Shown one piece after another: positions 1-8,257 of a DNA stretch of 64,000 nucleotides. Numbering within the stretch: the stretch's first letter is position 1; each line of letters begins with the position of its first letter. The stretch covers positions 64,268-128,267 of the forward strand of contig CAZJUY010000004.1 in the NCBI GenBank assembly GCA_964549315.1. The letters are read 5' to 3'. Below the pieces are notes generated by a model. It was not told the origin of the DNA. It did not search any database and saw only the letters and a list, made by a program, of their open reading frames with translations. The stretch is from an uncultured Chitinophaga sp. (GTDB lineage: Bacteria > Bacteroidota > Bacteroidia > 2-12-FULL-35-15). The position numbers and the translations under genes are program-made.

Positions 1-2038
1 TGCGGAAAATATTTCTACAGTTTCAATCACTGTACTTGCTTTACCAATTGTTCAAAGTCCACAACCTAGGTGTGTTGCTGTTTTACCAAATGGTGATGTT
101 ACTTTAACTTGGTCAACTCCAGCTGACCCAGGCGGAACATTTAATAGTTATCATATTTATACTGCAAATGCATTGGCAGGACCATATACTTTATTAGACA
201 GTGTTTTTGTTTATCCACAAACAACATATACACATGTTGGCGCAAATGCAAACGTTGCTTCTCGATATTATTACATTAAAACTCGTTCGGGATGTGGTGG
301 TCAAATATTTTCTAATGCAGTAGATACCGTTCGTTCAATGTTTCTTACGGTGAATAATCCAAGTAATGGAACAGCACAATTATCTTGGAATGCTATTGCA
401 ACTCCAGCTATTTCTTCATCTTCTGGCATTTATACAATTTTTCAGGAATACCCTTCTGGAGTTTGGACTCAAGTAGGTTCAACGTCAAATTTAAATTACA
501 TTGACTCTATTCTTGTTTGCAATTCTGCTATTAACTATAGAATTGAAATTGCTGATAATACTGGTTGTACATCTGTTTCATCTGTTTCTGGCGGGATTTT
601 TCAAAATATAATTGTGCCTTCTATTCCAGTTTTTGATACATTAAGCGTGGATGATTTTAATAATGCATTAATGAATTGGAATACAAATCCAGCACCTGAC
701 GTAACGGCTTATGTTATTTATAATTTTAATGGTAGCATTTGGGTTCCAATAGACACTGTTTATGGAATAAATAATACAAATTACAATTATCTTCTTTCAA
801 ATGCTGATTTGGCATCGGAGCAATATCGTGTTGCTGGATTGGATAGTTGTGGAAATATTAGCCCAATGAGTGGTGCTTTTAGTACAATTTATTTACAAGT
901 GCTAAGTGATATTTGTAATAGAAGTGCAATTTTAAATTGGAATCCATATCCAACAATTGGTAATGGTTTAGCAGGATATAAAATTTATAGGTCAACAACT
1001 AGTTTGGTAGGACCATTTTCTTATTTAGCTACAGTTGCTGCAGGAACAACCACTTATGTTGATGCAGCGCTTGCTCCCACAACAACTTATTATTATAAAG
1101 TAGTGGCTTTTGATAATGCCAATGTTAAATCTGCATCGTCCAACAGAATTAGTTTTTATTCACCTGCACCTATACCACCTACTTTTTCTTATTTGAGAAA
1201 AGCAAGTGTAATAAATGATAGTTATGTTGAAATTACTGCTCATGTTGATACTGCAGCTTCGACACTTAACTATAAAATTATGAGATCTGTTGATGGCATT
1301 ACATATAACCAAGTGGGTGTGGTAAATGCGGGTTTAGTAACACCAATTGTATTTAATGATGGTACTGCAAAGGTTGATGACAAAAGTTATTTTTATAAAG
1401 TAATAAATGTGGATAGTTGTGGATTTGACGGATTAGAAACAAATATTGCTAAAACCATTTTAGTAAATGCCATTAGCGATAGCGAGAATAAAAAAAATAC
1501 AATTACATGGAATGATTATTTTTCTTGGTCAGGAAATGTGATGTCGTATAATATTTATAGAGGTATTGATGGAGTAATGGATCCAACACCTATTGCAACA
1601 GTCCCTTTTATTAATGCAGTAACAAATACTTATGTAGATGATGTTTATTTTATTGTAAACGGACAAGGAGTTTTTAATTATTATGTAGAAGCAAATGAAG
1701 GAATGGGTAATGTTTACGGATTTTCAGATAATGTTACATCTAATATTGCTGAAGCATACCAAGACCCTCAAGTATTTGTTCCGAATGCTTTTAAGCCATC
1801 TGGTATAAATAATATTTTTATTCCTGTTACTACCTATGCTGACTTAAAAGACTATGAATTTTTAGTTTTTAATCGTTGGGGCTTAAAAGTTTTTGAAACA
1901 ACAAACTTGACAGAAGGCTGGGATGGAACTTGTTCAGGCAAAAAATGTGAATTGGGAGTGTATGTGTATTTGGTGCGTTATAAAACTTCTAAAGGAGAAT
2001 ATATGCAACAAAAAGGCTCTGTAACTTTAATAAGATAA
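1..2038 (+). CDS. T9SS type B sorting domain (gliding-motility C-terminal domain) cell-surface adhesin-like protein; 5' partial, frame is open back to base 2
   Basis: The reading frame is open from position 2 with no stop. The protein has FN3-like repeats. Its C-terminus, VFVPNAFKPSG...FLVFNRWG...GWDGT...YVYLVRY, matches the T9SS type B / CHU_C sorting domain. Confidence 0.75.
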   Translation, partial: AENISTVSITVLALPIVQSPQPRCVAVLPNGDVTLTWSTPADPGGTFNSYHIYTANALAGPYTLLDSVFVYPQTTYTHVGANANVASRYYYIKTRSGCGGQIFSNAVDTVRSMFLTVNNPSNGTAQLSWNAIATPAISSSSGIYTIFQEYPSGVWTQVGSTSNLNYIDSILVCNSAINYRIEIADNTGCTSVSSVSGGIFQNIIVPSIPVFDTLSVDDFNNALMNWNTNPAPDVTAYVIYNFNGSIWVPIDTVYGINNTNYNYLLSNADLASEQYRVAGLDSCGNISPMSGAFSTIYLQVLSDICNRSAILNWNPYPTIGNGLAGYKIYRSTTSLVGPFSYLATVAAGTTTYVDAALAPTTTYYYKVVAFDNANVKSASSNRISFYSPAPIPPTFSYLRKASVINDSYVEITAHVDTAASTLNYKIMRSVDGITYNQVGVVNAGLVTPIVFNDGTAKVDDKSYFYKVINVDSCGFDGLETNIAKTILVNAISDSENKKNTITWNDYFSWSGNVMSYNIYRGIDGVMDPTPIATVPFINAVTNTYVDDVYFIVNGQGVFNYYVEANEGMGNVYGFSDNVTSNIAEAYQDPQVFVPNAFKPSGINNIFIPVTTYADLKDYEFLVFNRWGLKVFETTNLTEGWDGTCSGKKCELGVYVYLVRYKTSKGEYMQQKGSVTLIR
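2031..2038. repeat. Left target-site duplication (taagataa); it includes the stop codon of the upstream gene
   Basis: The identical 8-mer lies immediately outside both IS termini. Confidence 0.8.
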
Positions 2039-2099
2039 GGTACGTTTCACTAATTAGGTATTTAATCAACTTACAACTCAACAAATATAAGTATTACAG

Positions 2100-3044
2100 A
2101 TGAATATAAAACAAGTACAAAAAAAATTCGGCACACAAGAGAAGTGCCTGAAATATCTCGAAAAATTGAGATGGGGTAAAACTGTATTATGCAGTTATTG
2201 TGATTCAAAAAGAGTAATTAAGTCTAAAAGCGAACAAGGACGGTATAAATGCTATAACTGTAACAAGTCATTTTCTGTTATGGTTGGCACTATTTTTCAA
2301 GATACTAAATTGAAATTGCCTGATTGGTTTTTGGTTACTACACTCGTTTTAAATGCTAAAATGGGTATTTCAGCAAAGCAAATTTCAAGACAAACAGGTA
2401 TTAGTTTAAAAACGTCTTGGCTAACTGCAATGAAAATACGCTGTGCAATGATTGATAACAAAACAGAGTTGCACGGATTGTTACAGATGGATGAGAGTTA
2501 TTTTAGTTCAAGCACTAAAAAAATAACAAAAAACACTCCTGATAATGCTCCTGTTTTATCTACTGTAACTGAAAAACGTGGTCGTGGAACGAAAAAAACA
2601 GCCGTTGTAGGTATTGTAGAAACAGGAGGAAATGTAAAAACTAAAATTATCGACAAATTAACTACTCGAAACCTAATGGCAATGCTTAATAAGTATGTAA
2701 AAAAAGATGAAGCAGTATTAATAACTGACGGATTTCGGTCTTACGCCAAAATGGATGAGGAGATTGAGCATATAACAGTAAAGCATAAGGATAGAAAAAA
2801 AGGAGGGTTAAATACCAATACAATTGAGGGTTATTGGTCGCTTATAAAGAACGGTATTAAAGGCAATTACAAGTCTTTGAGTAAAAAATATCTGCCATTT
2901 TATTTAGTAGAATATGATTACAAATATAACCATAGAAAACAGCAAGGTTTATTTGAAAAGTTTATAAAATCGGCTTTAACCGATGAATCGTGTATGCTTA
3001 ACAATAAGCCTATTAAAGACAGTAAGGAGGTTGTTTATGGATAA
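2100..3044 (+). CDS. IS1595 family transposase (ISXO2-like)
   Basis: The N-terminus carries a CxxC...CxxC zinc-ribbon (CSYCDS...CYNCNKSF). The central and C-terminal parts form an ISXO2-type DDE region. The length is 314 aa. Confidence 0.8.
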   Translation: MNIKQVQKKFGTQEKCLKYLEKLRWGKTVLCSYCDSKRVIKSKSEQGRYKCYNCNKSFSVMVGTIFQDTKLKLPDWFLVTTLVLNAKMGISAKQISRQTGISLKTSWLTAMKIRCAMIDNKTELHGLLQMDESYFSSSTKKITKNTPDNAPVLSTVTEKRGRGTKKTAVVGIVETGGNVKTKIIDKLTTRNLMAMLNKYVKKDEAVLITDGFRSYAKMDEEIEHITVKHKDRKKGGLNTNTIEGYWSLIKNGIKGNYKSLSKKYLPFYLVEYDYKYNHRKQQGLFEKFIKSALTDESCMLNNKPIKDSKEVVYG

Positions 3045-3186
3045 AGAAATTAAAAAATTCATAAAAGAACAAGAGAGATTTAATAAGTGGGTAACTATTT
3101 TTATAGTTTCTTTTGGATTAATATTAGCTGCACACACAATAATATTTGACTTATATCCAACAATATTTTTTCAAAATAATCCCTAA
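3037..3186 (+). CDS. Small (49 aa) single-pass membrane peptide; IS passenger, possibly translationally coupled to the transposase
   Basis: The ATG at 3037 overlaps the transposase stop and is preceded by a canonical AGGAGG at 3025-3030. The peptide has a hydrophobic helix, WVTIFIVSFGLILAAHTIIF. No homology is recognised. Confidence 0.3.
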   Translation: MDKEIKKFIKEQERFNKWVTIFIVSFGLILAAHTIIFDLYPTIFFQNNP

Positions 3187-3534
3187 TATGAATAAAAAAA
3201 TTGTTAAAATAAATGTTGCAATAACCCAATTGGTATTTGTTTTTGCTTTAGAATATGATTTTTCAGATAATTCTAACTGCCTATCTTGTTTTAATTTAGA
3301 ATCTACATATCCATTTTTGGGTTGCAATCTAATTTTACCATTTATATTAATTCTATATCCATATCCTATTATAAAATCCACATTTCCATCTGATTTTAGT
3401 TTGTCTAAAAGTGGTGTTATTTCGTTTTCAGATATTTTGTTATCCATTAATAGGATTAAATCTTTAGCTTCTTTAAAAACTTCAGTTTTTGATATTTTCA
3501 AAAGGATAAAGTCTAACTTTTCAAGATATTCCAT
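3151..3534 (-). CDS. Hypothetical tail-anchored protein (127 aa); IS1595 passenger gene
   Basis: The ORF lies inside the IS between the transposase and the right inverted repeat. Its composition is protein-like and charged, and it ends in a C-terminal TM helix, WVIATFILTIFLFILGIILKK. The overlapping + strand ORF is low-complexity. Confidence 0.4.
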   Translation of the reverse strand: MEYLEKLDFILLKISKTEVFKEAKDLILLMDNKISENEITPLLDKLKSDGNVDFIIGYGYRININGKIRLQPKNGYVDSKLKQDRQLELSEKSYSKAKTNTNWVIATFILTIFLFILGIILKKYCWI

Positions 3535-3617
3535 ATTTTATAAAAATATAAAAATACCATTAAGTAACAAAATAATACCAAAAAATTAAATTAAATACCT
3601 AATTAGTGAAACGTACC

Positions 3618-3625
3618 TAAGATAA
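3618..3625. repeat. Right target-site duplication (taagataa)
   Basis: The identical 8-mer lies immediately outside both IS termini. Confidence 0.8.
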
Positions 3626-3653
3626 TACTATTTTAAACAACTAAAAAAAGAAC

Positions 3654-4805
3654 ATGAAAAACATTTACTCAAAATTATTATTGGCAGCATTTATTATTTT
3701 TTCAGTAAAAATGAGTGCGCAATGTGGTACAGGTTGTACAACTACAATTTCTGCTGCAGATCCCTTCAATTATGTAATTACTTCTGGTCAAAAATTTTGT
3801 ATTACAGGAACAGGAAGTATGTCTGGATTAATAACAATTTCTTCAGGTGGAATATTATGCAACCAAGGAACTGTTAACTCTCCTAACTTATGGGTTGCTG
3901 GAGGTATATTTAATAATTATGGTTCTATGAATACAAATCTTTGTATGGCATCACAAGGAGCTACATTTTATAATTACGGGACCATTACTATTGATAGTTT
4001 TTTAGTATCGGAATCGGCCACAACTTTTGTGAATAATGGAACATTAGATGTAAATCGTTTTACTACTGCACAATCTGCAACTACCACTAATAACGGTACA
4101 ATTACATCTAATTACTTATATGATTCAGCAGCGGTTTTTAATAATAATTTAAACCTAACCGTGAATTATGATTTTGGAAATTCTTATTCCGGAGTATTTA
4201 ATTGTAATAATGTAAACTCTTTTATGACTATTAATAGAGATTTTTACAATGCATACAGTGCAGTTTTTAATGTTGGTTATTGTTTGATAAATGTGGGAAG
4301 AGATTGGTATAATTCGGCCCAAATTTCCGGCTTGACTAATGGTAGTTGTGGCGGCTTTGCAATTGCAGGGCTTTCCTTGAATTCTGGAATTGTAGGAAAT
4401 ACCGCCATGCATATTGATTTGTGTGATGCTGGAAATCCTCCTTCTGGAGTAGATGGAAATTCTGGTATAATTTCAAGTTCTACTACTTTTTGTTCATGCA
4501 CTAATGTTTGTAGTATAGTTGGAGTTGCTGAATATGAACAAAGTAGCGCTTTAATAAAAAATATTTATCCTAACCCAGCTACTGATAATTTAACAATTTT
4601 GTTTGAAAATATGAAAGAAGAAAATATAATTATTGAATTGAGAAATATCTTGGGGCAAATTGTATATGTTGAGGATTATGACGCAACTATTGGAAGTAAT
4701 ACAGTACAATTAAAAATTGATAATCTATCTCAAGGTACTTATATTATAAATGTTATAGATTCTAATAAAATACAAATTAAAAAAATGTTTACGGTTATTA
4801 AATAG
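3654..4805 (+). CDS. Secreted hypothetical protein with a T9SS type A (Por_Secre_tail) C-terminal sorting domain
   Basis: The protein has a signal peptide. Its C-terminal ~80 aa, IKNIYPNPATDNLTI...GTYIINV, carry the classic YPNPA T9SS CTD signature. Confidence 0.75.
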   Translation: MKNIYSKLLLAAFIIFSVKMSAQCGTGCTTTISAADPFNYVITSGQKFCITGTGSMSGLITISSGGILCNQGTVNSPNLWVAGGIFNNYGSMNTNLCMASQGATFYNYGTITIDSFLVSESATTFVNNGTLDVNRFTTAQSATTTNNGTITSNYLYDSAAVFNNNLNLTVNYDFGNSYSGVFNCNNVNSFMTINRDFYNAYSAVFNVGYCLINVGRDWYNSAQISGLTNGSCGGFAIAGLSLNSGIVGNTAMHIDLCDAGNPPSGVDGNSGIISSSTTFCSCTNVCSIVGVAEYEQSSALIKNIYPNPATDNLTILFENMKEENIIIELRNILGQIVYVEDYDATIGSNTVQLKIDNLSQGTYIINVIDSNKIQIKKMFTVIK

Positions 4806-4813
4806 CAGTAGAG

Positions 4814-5506
4814 CTATTTTTTTAAATATTTTTCAATGTATTTTTCAGTTGGTAAAAGAGTTTGCTGTATTCGTTTTGCATACTTTATACTGTCAGTAAT
4901 TTCTTTGTTTTTTTCAGCTACTGCATCATGCATATGTTTTAAATTTTCTTCGTGTTTTTCATTTGCTCCTTTAAAATAAAAGGTAATAAAATAGGTTACT
5001 ATTGCAGCAGTTAACAAATTGGTAGCCTTAAAAAACAGCAAAGTCCGTCCTTCTACATCAATTAATGGAGTTACGCTATCTTGAAATAGCTTTACAAAAA
5101 CGAGCATTATTAATACTAAAAAGAAGTAAAAGATAGAATTGCTTTTATTTTTAAAAATAATTAAAGGCATAGTAATTAAAGGGATAAACAATGCCTCTCC
5201 ATGTGTGTTTGCTGAAAATAAACCTATGTATGTTATGGAACAAGAAACGGTGAGTATTGCAAAGTGTTTTGCAATAACATACTTTTTAATTTTTAAAAAA
5301 TACAAATCAAGAAAAACAAATATAAACATACAGCTTACTGCTGGTAAAAATCCATGTAAGCTAAAAATCAATTCTAAGATTAAATATAAAAGCAATACAA
5401 TAGCACAAATAGAGTTTAGAATTGCAAGTAATTTAATTCTTCTTTGCTCTTCAAAACTATGTTCAGGGTTGTAACCAATTTGGCAGATATAATTCCAAAT
5501 TCCCAT
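4814..5506 (-). CDS. Polytopic membrane (7TM-type) sensor-like protein ending with a SpoIIE-leader helix but with no phosphatase domain
   Basis: The protein has about 6 hydrophobic helices. Its C-terminus, EKNKEITDSIKYAKRIQQTLLPTEKYIEKYLKK, is the same module found in ORF 5508..6956. Confidence 0.55.
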   Translation of the reverse strand: MGIWNYICQIGYNPEHSFEEQRRIKLLAILNSICAIVLLLYLILELIFSLHGFLPAVSCMFIFVFLDLYFLKIKKYVIAKHFAILTVSCSITYIGLFSANTHGEALFIPLITMPLIIFKNKSNSIFYFFLVLIMLVFVKLFQDSVTPLIDVEGRTLLFFKATNLLTAAIVTYFITFYFKGANEKHEENLKHMHDAVAEKNKEITDSIKYAKRIQQTLLPTEKYIEKYLKK

Positions 5507-5507
5507 T

Positions 5508-6956
5508 TTATTTTTTTTGATTTAAGCAGCGTTCAATATACTTTTCGGTAGGGAATAAAGTTTGTTGAATACGTTTTGCATATTTAATACTATCTGTTAT
5601 TTCTTTGTTTTTTTCTTCAATTTGGTTATAAGCATCTTGTAATTCTAAATTCGACTTTTGTTTGAGGCGATATTGTTTGAAAATAAAAAATGATAGAAGT
5701 AATACAAGTATAAATCCAGAGATTGAAAACCATATAATTATTTGCTGCTGATTAATATTTGCTGCTTGAATTTCATTGTCCTTATTGAGTAATTCTATTT
5801 CTTTTTGTTGTTTATCATTTTCATATTTCGCTTGTAGTTCGCTTAGCTGATTTGTGGTTTCGCTATTTAAAATAGAATCTTTTATGTTCGAATAAAGTGT
5901 ATGATAGTTATATGCTTGTCTATAGTCTCCGAGTTTTGAATATGCGATAGCAAGGTTTTCGTATGCTTGCTTAATTTCTAATTTACTGTCAATTTCTACT
6001 GCAATAGATAAAGCTTTTTCTGAGGATTGTTTTGCTTTTTCATAATCATTCATTGTAATATAGCTTGAGCTAAGTATGTTTAATGTAGACGAAATAGCAT
6101 GTTTGTCGCCAATACTTTCGGCAATTTTATAGCATTTTAATAAATATTCTAAACCTTCTTTTGTTTTTCCTTGTTGAGTATATGCAGCTCCAATATTTCC
6201 TAATGCATTTAATATCCATTTTTGATTTTGAATTTCTTCAGATAATTTGAGTCCTTTAAAATAATAGACTAGTGCTGAATCGTATTCTTCTTTTTTGCCG
6301 TGTACATTTCCAATGTTTATCATGCAGGCAGCAATGCCATATTTGTCGTTTAGTTTCTCTTTTATTTTAAGAGATTTTAAATGGTACTCGAGCTCGAGTT
6401 TGCTATTTCCCATTCTTCCAAAAGTATTAGCAATGGCTGTATAACAATCGCTCATACCTTTTTCATTTTTTAAATCTTCATATGATTTTAAAACACTAAA
6501 AAAACTTTCATTTGCTTTAACATAATCGCCAGTATAAATATTCACTACTCCAATATTATACCTTACTTTGACTGAAAATGTTGTGTCTTTTATTTTTTCG
6601 AAAATTTCAATTGATTCATAATATAGCTTTTTTGATTCTTTGAAATTACCTTTTGAAAATTCAAATAGACCGAATAAAAATTTTGCTCGAGCTATTCCAA
6701 ATTGAAATTTTTTATCCACAGCTAATTGATAGCCTTTTGCAACCGTTGTAGAACAGTTTTTTAGATCTGTATTTCTGTAGATGTCTCCCAATTCAAGTAT
6801 AGACATTACTTTTATACTGTCGTTCTTAGTAATGCTAATTAGTGTATTTAAACTATCAATTTTTTGTTGGGGCGTTTGCTTTTGTGCAAATAGTGAACCT
6901 GAGATGAAGATCACCTCTAGTAGGATAAAAGCAAAAAATAGTTTTGATTTATACAT
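5508..6956 (-). CDS. TPR-repeat protein with signal peptide and one TM helix, ending with the same SpoIIE-leader helix (no phosphatase domain)
   Basis: It contains multiple TPR-like repeats, a TM helix IIIWFSISGFILVLLLSFFIF, a coiled coil, and the C-terminus KEITDSIKYAKRIQQTLFPTEKYIERCLNQKK. Confidence 0.65.
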   Translation of the reverse strand: MYKSKLFFAFILLEVIFISGSLFAQKQTPQQKIDSLNTLISITKNDSIKVMSILELGDIYRNTDLKNCSTTVAKGYQLAVDKKFQFGIARAKFLFGLFEFSKGNFKESKKLYYESIEIFEKIKDTTFSVKVRYNIGVVNIYTGDYVKANESFFSVLKSYEDLKNEKGMSDCYTAIANTFGRMGNSKLELEYHLKSLKIKEKLNDKYGIAACMINIGNVHGKKEEYDSALVYYFKGLKLSEEIQNQKWILNALGNIGAAYTQQGKTKEGLEYLLKCYKIAESIGDKHAISSTLNILSSSYITMNDYEKAKQSSEKALSIAVEIDSKLEIKQAYENLAIAYSKLGDYRQAYNYHTLYSNIKDSILNSETTNQLSELQAKYENDKQQKEIELLNKDNEIQAANINQQQIIIWFSISGFILVLLLSFFIFKQYRLKQKSNLELQDAYNQIEEKNKEITDSIKYAKRIQQTLFPTEKYIERCLNQKK

Positions 6957-6994
6957 AGTTTAGCTTAGCACTATGTAAATATATAAAAAAGAGC

Positions 6995-7444
6995 TTACTT
7001 TTTCTTTTTAGCTTCTTTTTTTCTTTCTTCATCAAGTGCTATGTTGTACTTGATGTCTTTCCAGTAACCAGCACCATAGCTAACAAAAATTTCTTCTCCT
7101 GCTTTTATGTTTCTAGTTGCTTTAATCCAACCTCTGTTTTTCCAGATTTCATATATGGAATTATTTCTTATTCCTTTTACTCTTCCAATACCAGCTGCAT
7201 CATTAGCGTATCTAGCTAATTCTTTTGGAGTGTAATATGCATCTACACATTTTTTTGAACTTATGTAAAAAGCATAACCATAAATGTCGTTTTCTGCCCT
7301 TTTGTCTAATTCTTTTTCGGTAATTACTTCTCCTAAATATTCAACAATTCTTTCGCCTTTTTTGATATCTCGTTTTGTGAAAAGTCCTTTTCCTGAATTT
7401 GGTAATTTGGATGTTTTAACTTCTAAAAAATTGTTGTCGCTCAT
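6995..7444 (-). CDS. SET domain-containing protein (putative protein-lysine methyltransferase)
   Basis: A GKGLFTKRDIKKGERIVEYLGEVI N-SET-like segment, the RYANDAAG motif, and GEEIFVSYG pseudoknot motifs are consistent with a SET fold. Confidence 0.5.
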   Translation of the reverse strand: MSDNNFLEVKTSKLPNSGKGLFTKRDIKKGERIVEYLGEVITEKELDKRAENDIYGYAFYISSKKCVDAYYTPKELARYANDAAGIGRVKGIRNNSIYEIWKNRGWIKATRNIKAGEEIFVSYGAGYWKDIKYNIALDEERKKEAKKKK

Positions 7445-7535
7445 AAATAAAATTTAGGGACGCTAAAGTAATAAAAATATATACGCTCGAATTGTTTTCT
7501 ATTGTTTAATTTTGAAATGAAAAACGAGAAACAAA

Positions 7536-7868
7536 ATGGAAAAATTAACAATTAATGCTGCACAGCAAAAAGTGGATGATTGGATAAGAACTCATGGAGT
7601 TAGATATTTTAATGAACTAACCAATATGGCAATGCTTACAGAAGAAGTAGGTGAAGTAGCAAGAATTATTGCAAGGCAATACGGAGAGCAATCATTCAAG
7701 AAAAAGGATAAGGACAAAAATTTAGCGGATGAAATGGCTGATGTGCTGTTTGTATTGATTTGCTTGGCAAATCAAACAGGTGTTGATTTAGAAAAAGCGT
7801 TTGTTAAAAATATTGATAAAAAAACAAAAAGAGATAAGGATAGACACAAAAAAAATAAAAAATTATAA
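7536..7868 (+). CDS. MazG-like nucleotide pyrophosphohydrolase domain protein
   Basis: The EEVGEVA...LADEMADVLFVLICLAN pattern matches the all-alpha NTP-PPase family. Confidence 0.6.
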   Translation: MEKLTINAAQQKVDDWIRTHGVRYFNELTNMAMLTEEVGEVARIIARQYGEQSFKKKDKDKNLADEMADVLFVLICLANQTGVDLEKAFVKNIDKKTKRDKDRHKKNKKL

Positions 7869-8222
7869 CCGGTTGCCAATTGCAATAAGCTTGTTTTTAA
7901 TTGCAGTTAGTTTGTTTAGTACTCCATTAGCAGTATCAATCTCTGCTTTAATTTCATGTTTAATCGTTTTTTTATTTTCTTTTAGATATTTTTTTGCTCC
8001 TTCAATAGTCAGTCCTTGCTCACGTAATAAATTGTATATAACTTTTATATGTTCAATATCTTCTGGAGTAAATAAGCGATTCCCTTTTTTATTTTTTTTA
8101 GGTTTTAAAACATCAAATTCTTTTTCCCAAAAGCGAATCAACGATGCATTTACTTCAAATATATCAGACACTTCACCAATTGTGTAGTACATTTTTGTTA
8201 TTTCTATTTCTTTGTAAGGCAT
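7863..8222 (-). CDS. MerR family transcriptional regulator
   Basis: It has an N-terminal HTH, YTIGEVSDIFEVNASLIRFWEKEF, followed by a C-terminal coiled coil. Confidence 0.7.
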   Translation of the reverse strand: MPYKEIEITKMYYTIGEVSDIFEVNASLIRFWEKEFDVLKPKKNKKGNRLFTPEDIEHIKVIYNLLREQGLTIEGAKKYLKENKKTIKHEIKAEIDTANGVLNKLTAIKNKLIAIGNRL

Positions 8223-8257
8223 CGAGTTATTACAAAACCGTTAGTGATGGATAAATA

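Larger units (their letters stand above)
2039..3617 (+). mobile_element. IS1595-family insertion sequence (ISXO2-like transposase) with an ~550 bp passenger region
   Basis: The element has perfect 28-bp terminal inverted repeats, ggtacgtttcactaattaggtatttaat at 2039-2066 and its reverse complement at 3590-3617. It is flanked by an 8-bp direct repeat, taagataa, at 2031-2038 and 3618-3625. It encodes a transposase with an N-terminal zinc ribbon and a DDE domain. Confidence 0.85.

Noticed and set aside
3146-3589. + strand 147-aa ORF in the IS passenger region
   Set aside because: The translation is low-complexity and Ile/Phe/Ser-rich, with no start context. The antisense ORF 3151-3534 is more protein-like, and both cannot be real. 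The call remains uncertain.
7801-8187. 128-aa + strand ORF overlapping the MerR gene
   Set aside because: It is antisense to a well-supported MerR regulator and its translation is low-complexity.
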